A program made the position numbers and the translations under genes. The notes under the pieces were generated by a model, which saw only the letters and a list, made by a program, of their open reading frames with translations, was not told the DNA's origin and did no database searches. A stretch of 63,683 bases of DNA, filler included, from Choristocarpus tenellus KU-1152 (lineage: Eukaryota > Protista > Phaeophyceae), in the NCBI GenBank assembly GCA_964200185.2. It is 10 parts of 10 records of this genome, joined end to end, with 100 filler letters (N's around TTAATTAATTAA, not from the genome) between each part and the next. Parts side by side here need not be neighbours in the genome. Positions count along the whole stretch, not along the records: positions 56,178 to 63,683 come from CAXNAD020006047.1; 9 more parts are not named here. One strand, written 5' to 3'. Positions 62,809 through 63,683 of the stretch are shown piece after piece (the first letter of the stretch is position 1; every line of letters starts with the position of its first letter).

Positions 62809-63683
62809 GGAAGATGAATGCAGAGTAGTGCAATATTATTCATAAAGATACTGAAGTAAGGATACCGATGAATATCATAAATAATGAGAAGATTGACAGG
62901 GTAGGAAAGGCTGCAGCAGGGAGTAATATGTCCGTTGATATATCGTGACATTATGCTTTCTACCTCTGAGAACATCTGCAAATTATGTTACCCTAACCCT
63001 GAGTACTTTTGGAAAGGTGGACTAACTAAACCTCTACTCATTTGTGTGCTGCTGGTGCAGGAAGCCTTTCGAGCACCCCCCTCGTGCCCTATGTATGAGA
63101 TCCACATCTATCAAGGGAGCTAGGACCTGTCAGATGATTTTCACGACGATGATGTCACTGCCGCAAGATACGGAGGTTCAGGAGGTGTTATGAATCCGGT
63201 CTTTGTCTTGTGCAGAGATACATCTATGTCCATGATACCTGGAGGCTTCCTCAACCTAAGCACATCGAAGCCATGCTTTATCTCCTGGGCAATAAACTCA
63301 CGCTCACTTTGAAGGATGAGCCCATCGATCTTTCCACCATTTTCCATTGCTCTTGCCGTCCTCCATGCACCCTGGGGGTCGCCCTTGCAGGCATCTGCAA
63401 AGCCAATGCTGCGGCAGATAATGGGTTGTGGCACCGCATGGAGGCTACGATTCCTTGTCATGGTTGGAAATGGTGCAAGGTGAGTCTGAAGGGCACTAGA
63501 AGCCTTCGGAGTTGTTTTCATTCCCATCCCCGCCCAACCTAAGCCCCTTGATGGCATTCCCAAACCCCCATCACCTAACTTTCCCACTCCTGCACGAGCA
63601 GATTTGATGCTACGGGCTGAGGTCAGGCTCACATCCTGACAGCCCTTCCAATGTGCAGTGGAGACGCCCTCTACTACACTGGT

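Noticed and set aside
63141-63632. 163-aa minus-strand ORF (GFAD-like motif)
   Set aside because: No convincing family match; could be decayed retroelement sequence.

Overview
Eukaryotic, intron-rich DNA. The gene content and TTAGGG-type repeats suggest a stramenopile, probably of the brown-algal lineage (inference). The window is 10 unrelated contigs joined by artificial 100-nt linkers (N44-TTAATTAATTAA-N44), so adjacency across linkers means nothing. Host genes reconstructed by hand from GT-AG exons: an ABCA transporter (14 exons), DNA2 helicase, a FAM210/DUF1279 gene divergent from UTP7/WDR46, a GYF_2-WW-myosin 5' end, a plant SEC23A-type Sec23 3' end, a probable TRAPPC8 last exon and a decayed P1B ATPase. 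Mobile DNA: Gypsy, Copia, LINE and pogo remnants, a foldback element, and three MITE families with GAG...CTC-type ends; the best-preserved family shows 4-bp TSDs (Sola-like). The most interesting region is contig 29336-37419. There a spliced ParB/Sulfiredoxin-domain gene lies head-to-head with a 6-exon Sola-type (DUF7869-like) transposase pseudogene, separated by a 268-bp tandem duplication. A MITE inserted in that transposase at AGGT forms a clean GT...AG unit, as introners do. All family assignments are from motif recognition, not database searches.
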